Positions 9,644 to 18,365 of a DNA stretch of 64,000 bases are shown in pieces. The notes beneath the pieces are model-generated. The model did not search any database. It had not been told where the DNA came from and was given only the letters and a program-made list of their open reading frames with translations. How positions within the stretch are numbered: position 1 is the first letter of the stretch; the number at the start of each line of letters is the position of its first letter. Source of the DNA: Bradymonadia bacterium. GTDB taxonomy: Bacteria; Myxococcota_A; Bradymonadia; UBA7976; UBA1532. The DNA is taken from contig JBKAGE010000078.1 of assembly GCA_046290225.1 (NCBI GenBank), positions 1-64,000 of the forward strand, read 5' to 3'. The position numbers were made by a program, and so were the translations under genes.

Positions 9644-12131
9644 GGCCCGTGGCACCCGATCCCTCGCCTCTGCCGTGGAGCACCGGCTCGGCGGCATCGC
9701 CCTCGCGGCCTACAGGCGGCCAGGGATCACGCTGACGCTGTTGTTGATGGTGAACGTTCTGGCCTTCCTGGGCGCTCGCCGACTCAAGCTCGACACAGAT
9801 CTGGCGAACTTGCTGCCGGAGAGCGCCCGCAGTGTGCGCGATCTGAAGGCCCTCGAGGCCCGCTCCGGTGGTGTGGGCTTCGTGAGCGTCATCGGACGCA
9901 ATGCCCCTGTGGAGGCCTTGAAGAAGTTCGCCGACGACCTTGCACCTCAACTCACGGCCCTCGAGGGGGTGGACTACGTCGACCACTTGCGCCCTGAGGC
10001 CTTCTTTCAAGAGCGGGCGCTGTACTTCCTCGATTTGCCCGATCTCGAGACCCTCACCACGCGGATCACAGATCGCGTGGCCTGGGAGCGCCGCAAGCGC
10101 AACCCGATGCTCATGGATGTGGGCGAAGAGACCCCGGCGCCGAGCCTCGACTTCTCCGAGATGGAGGCCCGCTATCGCACGCGCTCTGCAGGGATGTCCC
10201 GCGGATCCGGCGACATGTTTCAAGGCACTGCACCCAGCCACTACCTCGACCCCGACAGCCAGGCGATCGTACTGCTGGTCAGGCCGGCCACGCGATCCAC
10301 TGACATCAAGAGCGGCGCCGCCATGGTGCAGGTGGTGCAAGGGATCATCGACGCAGTGGACACCTCGGCCTATGGCCCCGACTTCGAGATCCAGCTGAGC
10401 GGTCGCTTCAAGAAGCAGATCGATCAAAAGGCTCAGCTCCAGGCTGATTTGAAGAACGCCTCTCTCTGGGCGCTGGCCCTGATGCTGGGCTACCTCGCGC
10501 TTCACTTCCGCCGCCTGCGGGCGGTGGCCCTGGTCTGTGTACCGCTGGTGTTGGGGTTGCTGTGGGCCTTCGGAGTCGCCGGCGTGGCCTTCGGCACGCT
10601 CAACCTGCTCACCGCTTTCATCGGGGCGATCCTCATGGGGTTGGGCATCGACCACGGCATCCACCTGCTCGGCCGCTACGCCCACGAACGCGGACAACTC
10701 GCCCAACAGCCTGGGCCCCTCACCGCTGAGCAGGAAGCGGAGATCATCCATCGGACCTTCGGTCAGACAGGCCGGGCGGTGATGGTGGCAGCCCTCACCA
10801 CCACCTTCGCCTTCGTGGGCATCGCCACTTCGGAGTTCCGGGCTTTCCGTGAGTTCGGGGTCATCGCTGGTGCAGGCATGGTGGCCGTGGTGGCCGCCTA
10901 CACCCTCTGCTTGCCTGCGCTTCTTGCCTGGTTGGGCCGGGGCGTCACTGCAGGGTCAGAAGAGAAAACATCGACATTCGTGGCCAGCGTACCCGCCAGA
11001 GGCCGCTGGCTTCTCCTGCCCGTGGCGGCAGCGGTCATCGCCCTGCTTGCCCTGAGCCCCAAGGTATCGTTCAACCAGGACTTCGCCGCTCTGCAGGACA
11101 GCGCCCTGCCCTCCTTCGTGCTCGACAAAGAGGTCAACCGCATCCTCGGGCGCTCCCAAACCCCTGCTGTGGTGCTCGTAGACTCTGCGGAGGCTGAGCG
11201 CGCCGCCGCTGCGAGACTGCAGGCAGCTCATCGCGAGGCCGAGACTGCCACCACTTTCGACTTTGTCCTCGGAGCGGGTGATCTGCTCCCCACCGATCAA
11301 CAGGCCCACCGCGAGGTGCTCGATCGCCTGCACGGGGTCTTGCGCAAGGCGAAGTCGAAGTGGATGAAGACCCCTGAAGACAAGGCCCGACTGAAGACGC
11401 TCAAGACCATGGCCAGAGCGCAGCCCTTCAGCCGCGCAGATCTGCCCGTGGGCATCAGACGCCAGCTGTGGGGTCAGGATGACGCGGACGCCACGGGCGC
11501 CGTGCTCATCTACCCCGCCATCAGCTTCAGCGACGGGGCTGCGGTCCAGCGCTTTGCCGCACAGGCGAGAGATGCAGGGGAAGCCGAGGCCCTGCCCATC
11601 GCCGGTGAGGTCATGATCCTCGCCGACATGCTCACGCTGATTCAGGCAGAGGGCCTCTCCGTGCTCGCCCTCACCCTCGGGCTGATCTTCCTGTGCCTCT
11701 GGTTGCTTCTGGGACGCCTGCGCTCCGCGCTGATCTGTTTCGCCACGGCGGTGATCACTGTCGCCGCCCTCATGGGTTTGCTGCCCCTCGCCGGAGTACA
11801 GCTCAACTATCTGAACGTGGTGATGATCCCTGTGCTCTTCGGGGTGGCTGTCGACGGCGCCGTCCATCTCGTCACCCGTGCAGAGGCATCTGGAGAGCAC
11901 CTGCTTTCGGGGTTCTCGGAGATCAGCCGGAACATCGCCGGCGCCATCCTCACCACAGCCTTGGGGTTCGGCGCCCTCACCCTCGCGGATCACCCCGGAT
12001 TGAATTCCACGGGGACAGTGGCCCTCTTTGGTTTGGCACTCAACATCTTGATTTGCGTGGTGGGACTGGTACCCGTGCTCTACCTCACTCGAAACCGAAT
12101 CCACCCCGACTCGCCTGGAGGTCTATCATGA
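9636..12131 (+). CDS. MMPL/RND family lipid transporter (HpnN-like)
   Basis: Two TM clusters with GLGIDHGIH and GVAVDGAVH, two periplasmic loops. Confidence 0.88.
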   Translation: MNEARGTRSLASAVEHRLGGIALAAYRRPGITLTLLLMVNVLAFLGARRLKLDTDLANLLPESARSVRDLKALEARSGGVGFVSVIGRNAPVEALKKFADDLAPQLTALEGVDYVDHLRPEAFFQERALYFLDLPDLETLTTRITDRVAWERRKRNPMLMDVGEETPAPSLDFSEMEARYRTRSAGMSRGSGDMFQGTAPSHYLDPDSQAIVLLVRPATRSTDIKSGAAMVQVVQGIIDAVDTSAYGPDFEIQLSGRFKKQIDQKAQLQADLKNASLWALALMLGYLALHFRRLRAVALVCVPLVLGLLWAFGVAGVAFGTLNLLTAFIGAILMGLGIDHGIHLLGRYAHERGQLAQQPGPLTAEQEAEIIHRTFGQTGRAVMVAALTTTFAFVGIATSEFRAFREFGVIAGAGMVAVVAAYTLCLPALLAWLGRGVTAGSEEKTSTFVASVPARGRWLLLPVAAAVIALLALSPKVSFNQDFAALQDSALPSFVLDKEVNRILGRSQTPAVVLVDSAEAERAAAARLQAAHREAETATTFDFVLGAGDLLPTDQQAHREVLDRLHGVLRKAKSKWMKTPEDKARLKTLKTMARAQPFSRADLPVGIRRQLWGQDDADATGAVLIYPAISFSDGAAVQRFAAQARDAGEAEALPIAGEVMILADMLTLIQAEGLSVLALTLGLIFLCLWLLLGRLRSALICFATAVITVAALMGLLPLAGVQLNYLNVVMIPVLFGVAVDGAVHLVTRAEASGEHLLSGFSEISRNIAGAILTTALGFGALTLADHPGLNSTGTVALFGLALNILICVVGLVPVLYLTRNRIHPDSPGGLS

Positions 12132-12850
12132 AGCGTTCACTCTTCGGCGCCCGCTCCGCCCGTCGGCCCTTGCTCCCGATCGGCGTACTGATGATCGTCG
12201 GCGCCTCTGCATCAGTGGCCTGGGCTGGAGATCCGCCTCCAGGTGCCCCTGTGATGGCCAACGGCGAGGCCCAGGCCACGGAGGCCCGCGCCCGCACCGA
12301 CGCCCTCATCAAGGCATTCCAGAAGGTGCAGCGCCCGGCCAAGGGGGCGGCCTTGTCAGCTGAGGCCGCCAAAGCGAACGAGACAGCCTTCGCCGCCCTC
12401 GACGCCTACTTCGATCGCGATCGCCTCGTCGGTGATCCGATTGCGCCGTTCAAAGACAAGCTCACTGAAGCTCAGCAACAACGCTACACCGAAGTCTTCT
12501 GGAAGACGCTCCGCCTGATCACCTACACCGACTCAGGGGCTTTCTTTCAGAAGGCCCAGCTCAAGTTCCAGCCTCCGGTGATGAAGGTGGTGAATGGCAC
12601 CCCCACCGCCGCTGTGGCGCTCAACGCCTACATCGAGGAGGACGACGCGGAGACCGACGTGATCTTCCACTGGGCGAAGGGGGCGAAGGGCTGGCGCCTG
12701 GTGGACACGAGCTTCGATGGGGCATCGCTGGTGAAGGACTACCAGAACCAGTTCGGGCGCATCATCAAGAAGGAAGGCGCAGAGGCCTTGTTGTCGAAGC
12801 TCGAAGCCCGCTTCGCTGAGGTCAGCAAGGCAAAGGGTCTGACCCCTTGA
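12128..12850 (+). CDS. MlaC/Ttg2D (HpnM-like) periplasmic lipid-binding protein
   Basis: Signal peptide; WRLVDTSFDGASLVKDYQNQF C-terminal motif; ATGA overlap with MMPL. Confidence 0.82.
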   Translation: MKRSLFGARSARRPLLPIGVLMIVGASASVAWAGDPPPGAPVMANGEAQATEARARTDALIKAFQKVQRPAKGAALSAEAAKANETAFAALDAYFDRDRLVGDPIAPFKDKLTEAQQQRYTEVFWKTLRLITYTDSGAFFQKAQLKFQPPVMKVVNGTPTAAVALNAYIEEDDAETDVIFHWAKGAKGWRLVDTSFDGASLVKDYQNQFGRIIKKEGAEALLSKLEARFAEVSKAKGLTP

Positions 12851-14214
12851 GACAGACGGCCTCGGCACTGCTCCTCTCCGGGGCCACCCTGCTCACGGCA
12901 TCGTGGGCTCAGGGTGCCCCTGACCTCTCTGGCCCCCTCGACGTGGAAGGCTGTGTCGAAGTGGCCCTCAGTGGCCACGCACACCTGGCCCGTGACGCCG
13001 CCAGGGTGGAGCAGTACCGCGCCCGTCTCGCCGAGGTGCAGGCGATCTTCACGCCGAAGATCAACGCCCTGGCCTTTGTGGCTCCCACCTTCACCGTAAG
13101 AGGTGGCGCCCTTCAAGAGAACGTCGAGCGCGACTTCAGCCCCGACGCCTGGGGACCATACACGCACCTCGAGGCGGTCCTGGCCATGCCGATCTACACC
13201 TTCGGCCGAGGTGACGCTGGCAACCGAGCAGCTCGACACCGCCTCGCTGTGGAGAAAGCCCGGCTCCGTGAGACCCGCAATGTGGTGGCTCGAGAGGTTC
13301 GGCGCTTGTATGCGGAGCATCTCTACGCTCGGAGCCTGGAACCCATGCTGGAGAAGGCCCTCGGCCAGCTACAGGAGGCCTTGGAGCAGGGCCGCACCCG
13401 TTACGAAGGTGGGCAAGGTGAGATCTCTCAGATCGATCTGATGAAGCTCGAATACGGCTATGCCAAGCTGAGGCGGTTCTCCAAGGTGGCCGAGGATGGC
13501 GCGTCGCTGAGCTTCAGCGCCCTCAAGCACGCCATGGGCCTGCCCGAGGACGCCTCGCTCAACCTCGCAGATCAACGCCTCAAGCGCCCGAAGGGCGAGG
13601 CCCCGCAACTCTCGACCTTGCTTCAGCAGGCGGCGAAGAGCCGGCCTGAGTGGGCGCAGCTGACCGAAGGCCGCGCCGCTGCTCTGAGTCTCGCCGAGGC
13701 CGAGCGGCTGGCCAACGCCCCCACGGCCTTCGTCGCGGGCACGTTCAACGCCGACTACGCCCCCACCCGAGACGACTCGCCCAACCCGTATCACAATGAT
13801 CCGTTCAACCGGATCAATGGTGGGGTCGCCATTGGGCTGCAATGGGACTTCGATCCGTATACAGCCTCTGCCAAAGGCGATGCTGCAGAGGCCCTCGCTC
13901 AGGAGGTCGATGCCCTCAAACGGTTCGCTGACACTGGGATTCCACTGCAGGTGCGTCAGGCGCATCAGAGCCTGACCCGGGCCCTGACCCTCATCGAGAT
14001 CGCCCGAGACGAGGTGAAGAGCACTCGAAAGTGGATGACCTCAGCGGCGACAGCCTATCGCACGGGCCTCGGCCCCCCGCGCGATCTGCTCGAGGGGCTC
14101 GCCGCCCACCTCGAAGCGCGGCAGAGCTACTACGCCGCCCTCAAGGCCCACCGGCAGGCCCTCGCGGATCTGTACTTCGCCGTGGGCCGAGATCACCCTC
14201 TGGGATCACCGTGA
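12847..14214 (+). CDS. TolC family outer membrane efflux protein
   Basis: Signal peptide, two OEP-like repeats (MPIYTFGR; RPEW...LQWDFD), TTG start overlapping upstream stop. Confidence 0.85.
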   Translation: MRQTASALLLSGATLLTASWAQGAPDLSGPLDVEGCVEVALSGHAHLARDAARVEQYRARLAEVQAIFTPKINALAFVAPTFTVRGGALQENVERDFSPDAWGPYTHLEAVLAMPIYTFGRGDAGNRAARHRLAVEKARLRETRNVVAREVRRLYAEHLYARSLEPMLEKALGQLQEALEQGRTRYEGGQGEISQIDLMKLEYGYAKLRRFSKVAEDGASLSFSALKHAMGLPEDASLNLADQRLKRPKGEAPQLSTLLQQAAKSRPEWAQLTEGRAAALSLAEAERLANAPTAFVAGTFNADYAPTRDDSPNPYHNDPFNRINGGVAIGLQWDFDPYTASAKGDAAEALAQEVDALKRFADTGIPLQVRQAHQSLTRALTLIEIARDEVKSTRKWMTSAATAYRTGLGPPRDLLEGLAAHLEARQSYYAALKAHRQALADLYFAVGRDHPLGSP

Positions 14215-14968
14215 GGGCTTCGAGAGGCACATAGTATTTCTGGTGCCTCACCCCATCCATCAGGTACTCCCCCGCCTCGTGGGGCACCAGCACCGTCGCC
14301 CGCCGGGTGATGCGCACCACCCGGCCCAGGAGGGGCTCTCCCTCTGACTTGAAGGTCACCAGAGCGCCAGGCACGACCCCATGACGGACCTGAGCAGACT
14401 CTGTGGGGGTCACCAGGGCGTGACGATTGCTCTCGTGGCCGAAGATCGTACGGGCCAGGGCGAGGTAGGGCGCCTGGTTGCAGTTCGTATCTCCCGTCGC
14501 CAGCAGCTCCACGAGATGCAGCAGCTCGTGCTCGAAGACACGTTGGAGCGCGTCGAGCCGATCGTGTGCGGGCACGCCACAGACCTCGATGGCACGGGTC
14601 GAACCTGCCTCGAAGGTCTGGAACAACAGCGTCGAGGAGATGCAAATCTCGAAGCTCTGTCGGTGGTTGCCTCGACGACGACGGCTGTGGGTCGTGAGCC
14701 CCGCGGTCTTGGTCAGGCGCTTGGACACCCGCAAGCTCAACGGCCCTCCAGCGTCAGAGACCAGGGCTGCGCTGATCGTGCCCTCGAAGAAGTGCTGGTC
14801 GTAGAGACGAAAGAGCAGGGTGAGATCTGTGGTGCTCAGAGCAGTGAACTGCGGGATCGTAATGGTCTCCGAGTGGGAGAGCACCCCCGAGCGCACACGC
14901 TTGCGCAACACCGCCGTGCGATCGGCATCAACGCTGAGGCTGTGGAGGAAACTGCGCAGAGAAGACAT
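14141..14968 (-). CDS. SprT-like zinc metallopeptidase family protein
   Basis: SKRLTKTAG and FEHELLHLVE (HExxH). Confidence 0.72.
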   Translation of the reverse strand: MSSLRSFLHSLSVDADRTAVLRKRVRSGVLSHSETITIPQFTALSTTDLTLLFRLYDQHFFEGTISAALVSDAGGPLSLRVSKRLTKTAGLTTHSRRRRGNHRQSFEICISSTLLFQTFEAGSTRAIEVCGVPAHDRLDALQRVFEHELLHLVELLATGDTNCNQAPYLALARTIFGHESNRHALVTPTESAQVRHGVVPGALVTFKSEGEPLLGRVVRITRRATVLVPHEAGEYLMDGVRHQKYYVPLEALTVIPEGDLGPRRSTDPRGPAGGP

Positions 14969-15044
14969 GGGTCACCTGGCCATGATGAGATCACAACAGT
15001 ACGCTCACCTTCTCCAAGCACCAAAAACCCACGGGAGATCAGCC

Positions 15045-15425
15045 ATGCACGCCAAGCAGGTCATCGTACTCCGCAAGGATCTCGGCATGCGCAAAGGCAA
15101 GATGGTGGCCCAGGGCGCCCACGCCTCGATGAAGGTGTTTCTCGATCGAGGCGCAGTCGACGCGGGCACGCTCACAGTGACGCTGACCCCCGCCATGGAG
15201 GCCTGGCTCACCGGGCGGTTCACCAAAATCTGCGTGCGTGCCGACGATGAAGCCCATTTGCTGGCCCTCGCCGAGGCCGCCGAGACCGCCGGGGTGCCTC
15301 ACGGGCTGATTCGAGACTCGGGGAAGACCGAGTTTCATGGCGTACCCACCTACACCGCGCTTGCCATCGGCCCTGCAGAGCTCGCCGCGGTCGATGCCAT
15401 CACAGGCGACTTGCAGCTCTGGTGA
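15045..15425 (+). CDS. pth2: Peptidyl-tRNA hydrolase Pth2 (archaeal/eukaryotic type)
   Basis: KQVIVLRKDLGMRKGKMVAQGAHAS, IRDSGKTEF, TALAIGP, ITGDLQL. Confidence 0.92.
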   Translation: MHAKQVIVLRKDLGMRKGKMVAQGAHASMKVFLDRGAVDAGTLTVTLTPAMEAWLTGRFTKICVRADDEAHLLALAEAAETAGVPHGLIRDSGKTEFHGVPTYTALAIGPAELAAVDAITGDLQLW

Positions 15426-15440
15426 GTGCCTGGCTGCCTC

Positions 15441-15851
15441 TCAGAGCACGCCCTGCGCCGCTTTGAGCACGTCGATGTAGCTGATGATGCCCACGAGGGT
15501 GGCGCCGTCGACATCGACGACAGGGACCGCGCCCACGCGATGCTCCACCATCAACTCGATGAGATCGGACAGCTCAGTCTCTCGATTCACCGAGAGGAGA
15601 CCGCCCTGCATCACCTCGCTCATGGGCGTCTCCAGGCGTGTCTTCTCGGCCTCGGCCTGCTCGAAGGACATCACCAGCGGCAAGGTGTAGCTGCGCAAAT
15701 CTCGATCGCTGATCATGCCCACAAGGGTGGTGCCTTCGACGACGGGCACATGACGAAAGTCCATCTCCAACATGAGGTTGATGGCGTCTTTCACCGGTGC
15801 GTCGACGGTGAGCGTGATGGGATCGGCGGTCATGACATCTCGAGCGATCAT
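15441..15851 (-). CDS. Tandem CBS-domain protein
   Basis: ARDVMT, FRHVPVV, LVGMISDRD, GAVPVV, LVGIISYID. Confidence 0.9.
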   Translation of the reverse strand: MIARDVMTADPITLTVDAPVKDAINLMLEMDFRHVPVVEGTTLVGMISDRDLRSYTLPLVMSFEQAEAEKTRLETPMSEVMQGGLLSVNRETELSDLIELMVEHRVGAVPVVDVDGATLVGIISYIDVLKAAQGVL

Positions 15852-15905
15852 CAGGTGCTCCTCTCGATTCGGCCCCGCCCCTCGGGACTTCGATGAAGAG
15901 CAGTC

Positions 15906-15920
15906 GCAATCGATGTGCCA
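15906..15920 (-). promoter_or_regulatory. Putative sigma54 -24/-12 promoter for the CBS gene
   Basis: Minus strand TGGCAC-atcga-TTGC, ~55 nt upstream of ATG. Confidence 0.65.
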
Positions 15921-16024
15921 TGGGGGAGATCACCACGAGAGCGCACGCCTGAACCTTTTCAGCAGGTGGATGCGTGTCGTGTGGGTAGCATCAGGCCAGG
16001 TACATCACCAGATGGTGACAGGGC

Positions 16025-17104
16025 TCACCGCCTGCGCGCACTCAACTTCACCGGCACCGTGATCAGCTTTCCACGGCGCTTCACCGTGAGCTTCACCTCA
16101 TCGCCGGGGGCGTGAGACTCGAGTTGATTGAGCAAAGCGTCGAGGGTGAGCACCTCTTTGCCGTCGAGGGCGACGATGACATCGCCCACGACGCCTCCCT
16201 TTCGGTCTCTCCGAGCGGCCATAAGGCCCGCCTTCTCGGCCCCGGATCCCGGCACCACCCCCATGATCAGCACGCCCCCCTTCATCCGCATGAGCTTACG
16301 GGGCAAGCGATCGTTCACCTCGACCCCCAGCGTGGGGCGTCGTGTTTCCCGGAACATGATCAGCTGGGGCACCACGCGATTCACCGTGTCCACGGGCACA
16401 GCGAAGCCAATGCCAGCGTTGGCACCAGAGGGGCTACGGATGGCGGTATTGACGCCGATGAGCCGGCCTGCAGAGTCGAGCAACGGGCCACCTGAGTTAC
16501 CGGGGTTGATGGCAGCGTCGGTCTGGATCACCCCCTCGATGGTTCGGTTGGTCGATGCAGGAATGCTGCGGTCCAGGGCGCTCACCACCCCGGTGGTGAG
16601 GCTTTGATCGAGGCCGAAGGGGTTCCCGATGGCCAGCACTTGCTGACCCACTCTCAGCTCGCTCGAACGGCCGATCTTGATGGGTTTGAGGCTCACCTTT
16701 TTGGGATCGACGAGCAGCACCGCGAGATCTTTGTCAGGATCAGCCCCCACCACCTTCGCCGGCACGGTCTCTTGATCATTGAAGGTCACCGTCACCCGAT
16801 CTCCGCCGGCGATGACGTGAAAATTGGTCACCACGTGGCCTTGCTCGTCCCAGACAAAGCCCGTACCCGTGCCACGAGGGATCTCGATGGCATTGAGGGC
16901 ACGGAACGTCTGGCGGTACACCCGCTCCGAGGTGGAGATGAACACCACCGACGGCGACGTCTGCTCGAAGACCTTGATCGTCCGCTTTTCTTCTGGGCTC
17001 AGAGGTCCTCGGGGGGTGACCTCGCGAGGGGTGGCCCGCTGGGCCGTGGCCGCTCCGGTGAGGGCGCACAGCGCCAGCACCACACACGACACGCTCAAAC
17101 GCAT
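16025..17104 (-). CDS. HtrA/DegP-family serine protease with one PDZ domain
   Basis: Signal peptide; TNFHV, DLAVL, IQTDAAINPGNSGGPL triad; C-terminal PDZ. Confidence 0.93.
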   Translation of the reverse strand: MRLSVSCVVLALCALTGAATAQRATPREVTPRGPLSPEEKRTIKVFEQTSPSVVFISTSERVYRQTFRALNAIEIPRGTGTGFVWDEQGHVVTNFHVIAGGDRVTVTFNDQETVPAKVVGADPDKDLAVLLVDPKKVSLKPIKIGRSSELRVGQQVLAIGNPFGLDQSLTTGVVSALDRSIPASTNRTIEGVIQTDAAINPGNSGGPLLDSAGRLIGVNTAIRSPSGANAGIGFAVPVDTVNRVVPQLIMFRETRRPTLGVEVNDRLPRKLMRMKGGVLIMGVVPGSGAEKAGLMAARRDRKGGVVGDVIVALDGKEVLTLDALLNQLESHAPGDEVKLTVKRRGKLITVPVKLSARRR

Positions 17105-17108
17105 CTTC

Positions 17109-18365
17109 TCACTCCAACTCCGCGTTCAACTCCGGGAGCAAACCGGTCAACCCCTCCACGGTATTCAGGGTGGGATCCGCCCACACCCTGAGCATCATCC
17201 GATCGAGGATCTCCCCCACCCGTCGTGAGGGGGGAATACCGAGCAGTGTCATCACCGCCTTCCCGTCTAGAGCGAGTTCTCGGGACCGGTGAGGCCCTTT
17301 CCGAGCCTGAGTGGCGTCGACTCTGCCACCAAAAGCATCCACAGCGTCAGCACCCGGTCGAGACAGCACACGATGTACCGAGAGGGCGTCGTCGACGACA
17401 CTTTCGTCCCCAGCTGCGGCGATGAGCTCTGAGGTCACTCTTCGGACATCGGCGGGGATGCTGAGCGCCCAGTCCAGCGACTGCCAGCGCAGCAGATGCT
17501 GCACGCGCTTGCGGATGGTGTTGCTGAACTTGAGATGGTCCAGGGCCTGCCCAGCCTTCGAGCCCAGAGGTGACAGCATCACTGCCAGTCGAACCTCCAG
17601 TACCTGAGGAGCCTCATCGAGGGCAGCAAAGGCCTCGAGGTGACCGTCTGCGGCAACGAGTTCTGGCAGAAAGGCGGCGAGCAGGCCGCTGTCCACGAGC
17701 AGCTGAAGGCCTCTGCTGGGGAACGGCCCCTTGAGGATCTTGGCCAGCTCCACCTGAATGCGCTCCACACTCACCTTGGCGAAGGTGTCGAGCGTGTCGG
17801 GGATCGCCTGCCACGTGGAAGCCTCGATCTCGAAGTCGAGGACCGAAGCGAAGCGCACGGCCCGCATCGAGCGCAGGCCGTCTTCGGTGAGACGATCGAT
17901 GGCTCGGCCCACGGCGCGAATCCGTCGGCGATCGAGATCCTCAAGCCCCCCGTACGGATCCACGAGGGTCTCCGAAACCGGATCCCAGGCCATGGCGTTC
18001 ACAGTGAAATCCCGCCGCTGGAGATCTTCTTCGAGCTGTGAGGTGAAGGCGATCTCGTCGGGTCGTCGACCATCGGTGTAGCCCCCTTCGACACGGTAGG
18101 TGGTCACCTCTACAGGCTCGGCGTTCACCAGCACAGTGACGGTGCCGTGCTGCAGCCCCGTGGGGATGGTGCGTTCAAAGGCCTCGATCACCTGCTCGGG
18201 CAAAGCGCTCGTGGTGATGTCGTAATCACCCACAGGACGCCCGATGCACCCATCACGGACGCACCCGCCCACCAGCCAGGCCTCATGGCCCGCGGCATGG
18301 AGGCCTTGGATGACTTTCAGCGCCTCTTCAGGTGGCTGAGGGAGAGCACGTTTGGTGTGGGTCAT
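17109..18365 (-). CDS. cca: CCA-adding enzyme/poly(A) polymerase family tRNA nucleotidyltransferase
   Basis: VGGCVRD, DYDITT, EVTTYR, DLQRRDFTVNAMA, EDGLRSMRAVRF; CCA vs CC/A specificity not determinable. Confidence 0.85.
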   Translation of the reverse strand: MTHTKRALPQPPEEALKVIQGLHAAGHEAWLVGGCVRDGCIGRPVGDYDITTSALPEQVIEAFERTIPTGLQHGTVTVLVNAEPVEVTTYRVEGGYTDGRRPDEIAFTSQLEEDLQRRDFTVNAMAWDPVSETLVDPYGGLEDLDRRRIRAVGRAIDRLTEDGLRSMRAVRFASVLDFEIEASTWQAIPDTLDTFAKVSVERIQVELAKILKGPFPSRGLQLLVDSGLLAAFLPELVAADGHLEAFAALDEAPQVLEVRLAVMLSPLGSKAGQALDHLKFSNTIRKRVQHLLRWQSLDWALSIPADVRRVTSELIAAAGDESVVDDALSVHRVLSRPGADAVDAFGGRVDATQARKGPHRSRELALDGKAVMTLLGIPPSRRVGEILDRMMLRVWADPTLNTVEGLTGLLPELNAELE

